Part shown: piece by piece, positions 39,265 to 39,527 of the stretch
How positions within the stretch are numbered: position 1 is the stretch's first letter
Layout: every line of letters begins with the position of its first letter
UHGV virus genome: UHGV-0152919
Reading direction: 5' to 3' (one strand)
Length of the DNA stretch: 39,527 nt
Source: a virus
Notes under the pieces: generated by a model
The model's input: the letters and a program-made list of their open reading frames with translations, nothing else
Told to the model about the DNA's origin: nothing
Database searches by the model: none
Program-made: the position numbers and the translations under genes

Positions 39265-39281
39265 AAATTTATTAGAGCATT
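39265..39281 (-). promoter_or_regulatory. C1 operator-like site (16/17) upstream of the c4-icd-ant operon (Op51-like)
   Basis: Plus strand aaatttattagagcatt. Confidence 0.65.
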
Positions 39282-39377
39282 ATTTGTTTAATAAATACAC
39301 AGTTGGATCTAATAACCTCTTTTTTTTAAAGGCGAAAATATGTACCCTAAATGAGTTATAAGGCAGGTGAGGTTATA

Positions 39378-39509
39378 ATGAGAAAACTATTACTACCGTT
39401 ATTATTTATGGCTGGGACTGTTAATGCAGCATCAAGCGTAAAGGAGATTTGTACCGATTATACGAAATACCTTGGGCACGTTTACGCCTTTGCGATCAAT
39501 GACTATTAA
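39378..39509 (+). CDS. small secreted-peptide-like ORF (43 aa, N-terminal signal-like segment)
   Basis: Manual translation MRKLLLPLLFMAGTVNAASSVKEICTDYTKYLGHVYAFAINDY; AGGTGAGG RBS 7 nt upstream; below the ORF-track cutoff. Confidence 0.3.
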   Translation: MRKLLLPLLFMAGTVNAASSVKEICTDYTKYLGHVYAFAINDY

Positions 39510-39527
39510 TCCATGCGTAGGAGTGGA

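Overview
This window reads as a P1-family temperate phage-plasmid segment, in reverse orientation relative to the P1 reference as I remember it. Identification rests on recognisable proteins (RepA, ParA, ParB, Ban helicase, Dmt methyltransferase, RdgC-like HrdC, lambda-type phosphatase Ppp, KilA, RepL, Ant, Icd), on 19-bp RepA iterons either side of repA, on a parS-like centromere, and on about ten copies of the asymmetric C1-operator motif ATTGCTCTAATAAATTT. Nothing here was aligned or searched, so all names are from memory and motif reading. Layout from left to right: (1) 1-8840, a long minus-strand operon of small proteins and enzymes; (2) 8987-13738, a plus-strand morphogenesis block ending in a gpV-like baseplate spike; (3) 13785-18973, minus-strand ban operon: tRNA-Asn, tRNA-Thr, a 0.9-kb repeat-rich non-coding stretch, TerB-like tciA plus two coupled micro-ORFs, tRNA-Ile, ban, dbn; (4) 18964-22479, uhr-hrdC-dmt; (5) 22577-25129, a PAAR-like protein, an overlapped spanin-like pair (ppfA/mlp) and upf genes; (6) 25179-29146, plasmid origin, repA, incA, parA, parB, parS; (7) 29205-34647, late genes for capsid, sheath and tail tube; (8) 35554-39509, immunity region (repL, kilA, ant, icd, c4 leader). 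I found no IS element, CRISPR array or rRNA. I do not see a clear-cut new defence system; the least explained parts are the enzyme island at 1-8840, the repeat-rich tRNA-flanked leader at 17210-18135, and the PAAR-like and spanin-like genes sitting away from their usual neighbours.
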